From Dipteris shenzhenensis (taxonomy: Eukaryota): a stretch of 64,000 bases of DNA. Both the position numbers and the translations under genes were made by a program. The notes under the pieces were generated by a model. The model was not told where the DNA came from. It saw only the letters and a program-made list of their open reading frames with translations, and made no database searches. The stretch lies in assembly GCA_047967505.1 (NCBI GenBank), contig CM106538.1, one strand, 5' to 3'. The first letter of the stretch is position 1. Every line of letters begins with the position of its first letter. Shown in pieces: positions 62,573 through 64,000 of this stretch.

Positions 62573-63589
62573 GACATACCAATTGACTCATTCATGCAAA
62601 TTTGCACCCCTGCAACAAAATGTCCTCGATGAATCTCGACCAATGCAAGTGCATGAGGATTTGGTGACTAGAATGCGACAAGTGCATGTGAGTGAAATGG
62701 AGTGCCATATGATATTGAACTGTAGCTACATATGGTAAATAAAACTTAAAAACCCATCACTTCCCCAACAAATGTAGCTATGAATTGGCGACTTGAGTCT
62801 CGTGTGTTCCCATAAATAATAAATAACAAATCATTCATTATGTAAATATCCAGTTGTTAAGAGCAGCCCATCTCACATTTGTCACACTTGCCCCTCAAGC
62901 AGCACAAGACTCCACACACATTGAGTTCCTTGTAATCATTAGGTAGATACCATATCTCTTCATAATTCTCATCATGTCATCCCATCATTGCAACCACATA
63001 ACAAGATAAGAAGCATACAATTCATTTTGAAGGTTGGTTTCATGTTGTATCCCTTTCAAGTAAGCTAGGACCCTCATGAGTCATGTAACCATGGAAGACC
63101 AAGCACAAACACAAACATTCTCATATTCTCATCAAGTCTCAACCCTCAATGAGGCAATATTATCTCCTCTTAGAACTAACCTTATCATCAACCACCAACT
63201 TTTAGAGAAAATAACTTTCTATTAATGCAACCATACAAATAAGCAATCCACGAGGCACTGACCATGAGAAAAGAAATAAAACAAAAATTAGTTGTCCAAA
63301 AAAACAGAGCCTCTTTCTAAAGAGCTCACCTCATTGCCTAGGGAATCTCTAGAATAGGCGCTAACAACCAAGGTGGAGGTCTATACATTCGGAAAATACC
63401 TCACTCATAAAACATAAAGGTGTTTGTAGGCCAAGCCTTGCTAAAACACTCCGACTTTCGGTGGTTTCCCTCAATCCGAAACTCCCGTGCTACAAAATGG
63501 CACCTAGAATGTAAACGATGTATTTCCAAATGGCTACCAAGGTGGCTACTTGGGGAAGCCTCTGGCCTGCCATTACCAGATTATAGCGA

Positions 63590-63900
63590 GCAACCTAGAT
63601 GTTCCAGGAAACGATGCTAGACAACATCTCTAGACACTATCCTTTAGCAAAGGCAAAGGGCACAGGTGGGAATTTGCCAGCATATCCTATGCTTCTATCC
63701 TAAAAACTCATTGACCTTGGATCTTGTAGGCTAGAGAAACTTTATCACTAGACTATAGGGGCAACCTAGATGTTCTACGTAGTGATGTTAGGCACCATCT
63801 CCCCAACACTATATCTGGCAAAGGCAAAGGGTGTGGGCGAGATGGAGGCATTACATCCTGTGCCTCTATCTTGAAAACTCATTGGACCTAGACCTTGGAT
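63590..63900. repeat. ~170-bp degenerate tandem duplication
   Basis: gcaacctagatgttc...gcaaaggcaaaggg...aaaactcattg occurs at ~63590 and ~63761. Confidence 0.7.
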
Positions 63901-64000
63901 GGAGACAGATCAATGGAGAAGGCATGAACCCCCTCCATAAGCCATGCAACCAACCCCCAAGTAAAGGCTTCTTGATCCTCTGTGGGATGGCCACAATCTA

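Overview
Eukaryotic nuclear DNA, most likely a repeat-rich land plant (GT-AG introns, plant-type L1 LINEs, Ty1/copia and Ty3/gypsy elements; a non-seed plant is my guess, not proven). The only clear host gene is the 3' part of a ribokinase-like (pfkB) gene, with exons at 13508-13693, 23770-23965 and 24084-24175. Its introns are filled with LINEs, and two of its catalytic motifs are altered. The rest is nested transposable elements: several L1-type LINEs (nested, 5'-truncated and 5'-inverted), two bounded copia elements (27269-33574 and 56655-62572) and a minus-strand gypsy remnant. The most notable feature is a ~12.9 kb Mutator-like DNA transposon at 42809-55730. It is delimited by a 9-bp TSD (CATGGGGTT) and short degenerate TIRs, and removing it restores an in-frame gypsy ORF. 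It carries two divergent, intron-containing, now-pseudogenised genes: a GCM/WRKY-like zinc domain + DDE + SWIM transposase (+) and a ParB/Srx-like domain fused to a permuted (beta-type) N6A/N4C DNA methyltransferase (-). Between them are a purine-rich tract and about 9 long palindromes centred on TTTCGTCGACGAAA. All domain calls come from motif recognition by eye; no searches were run.
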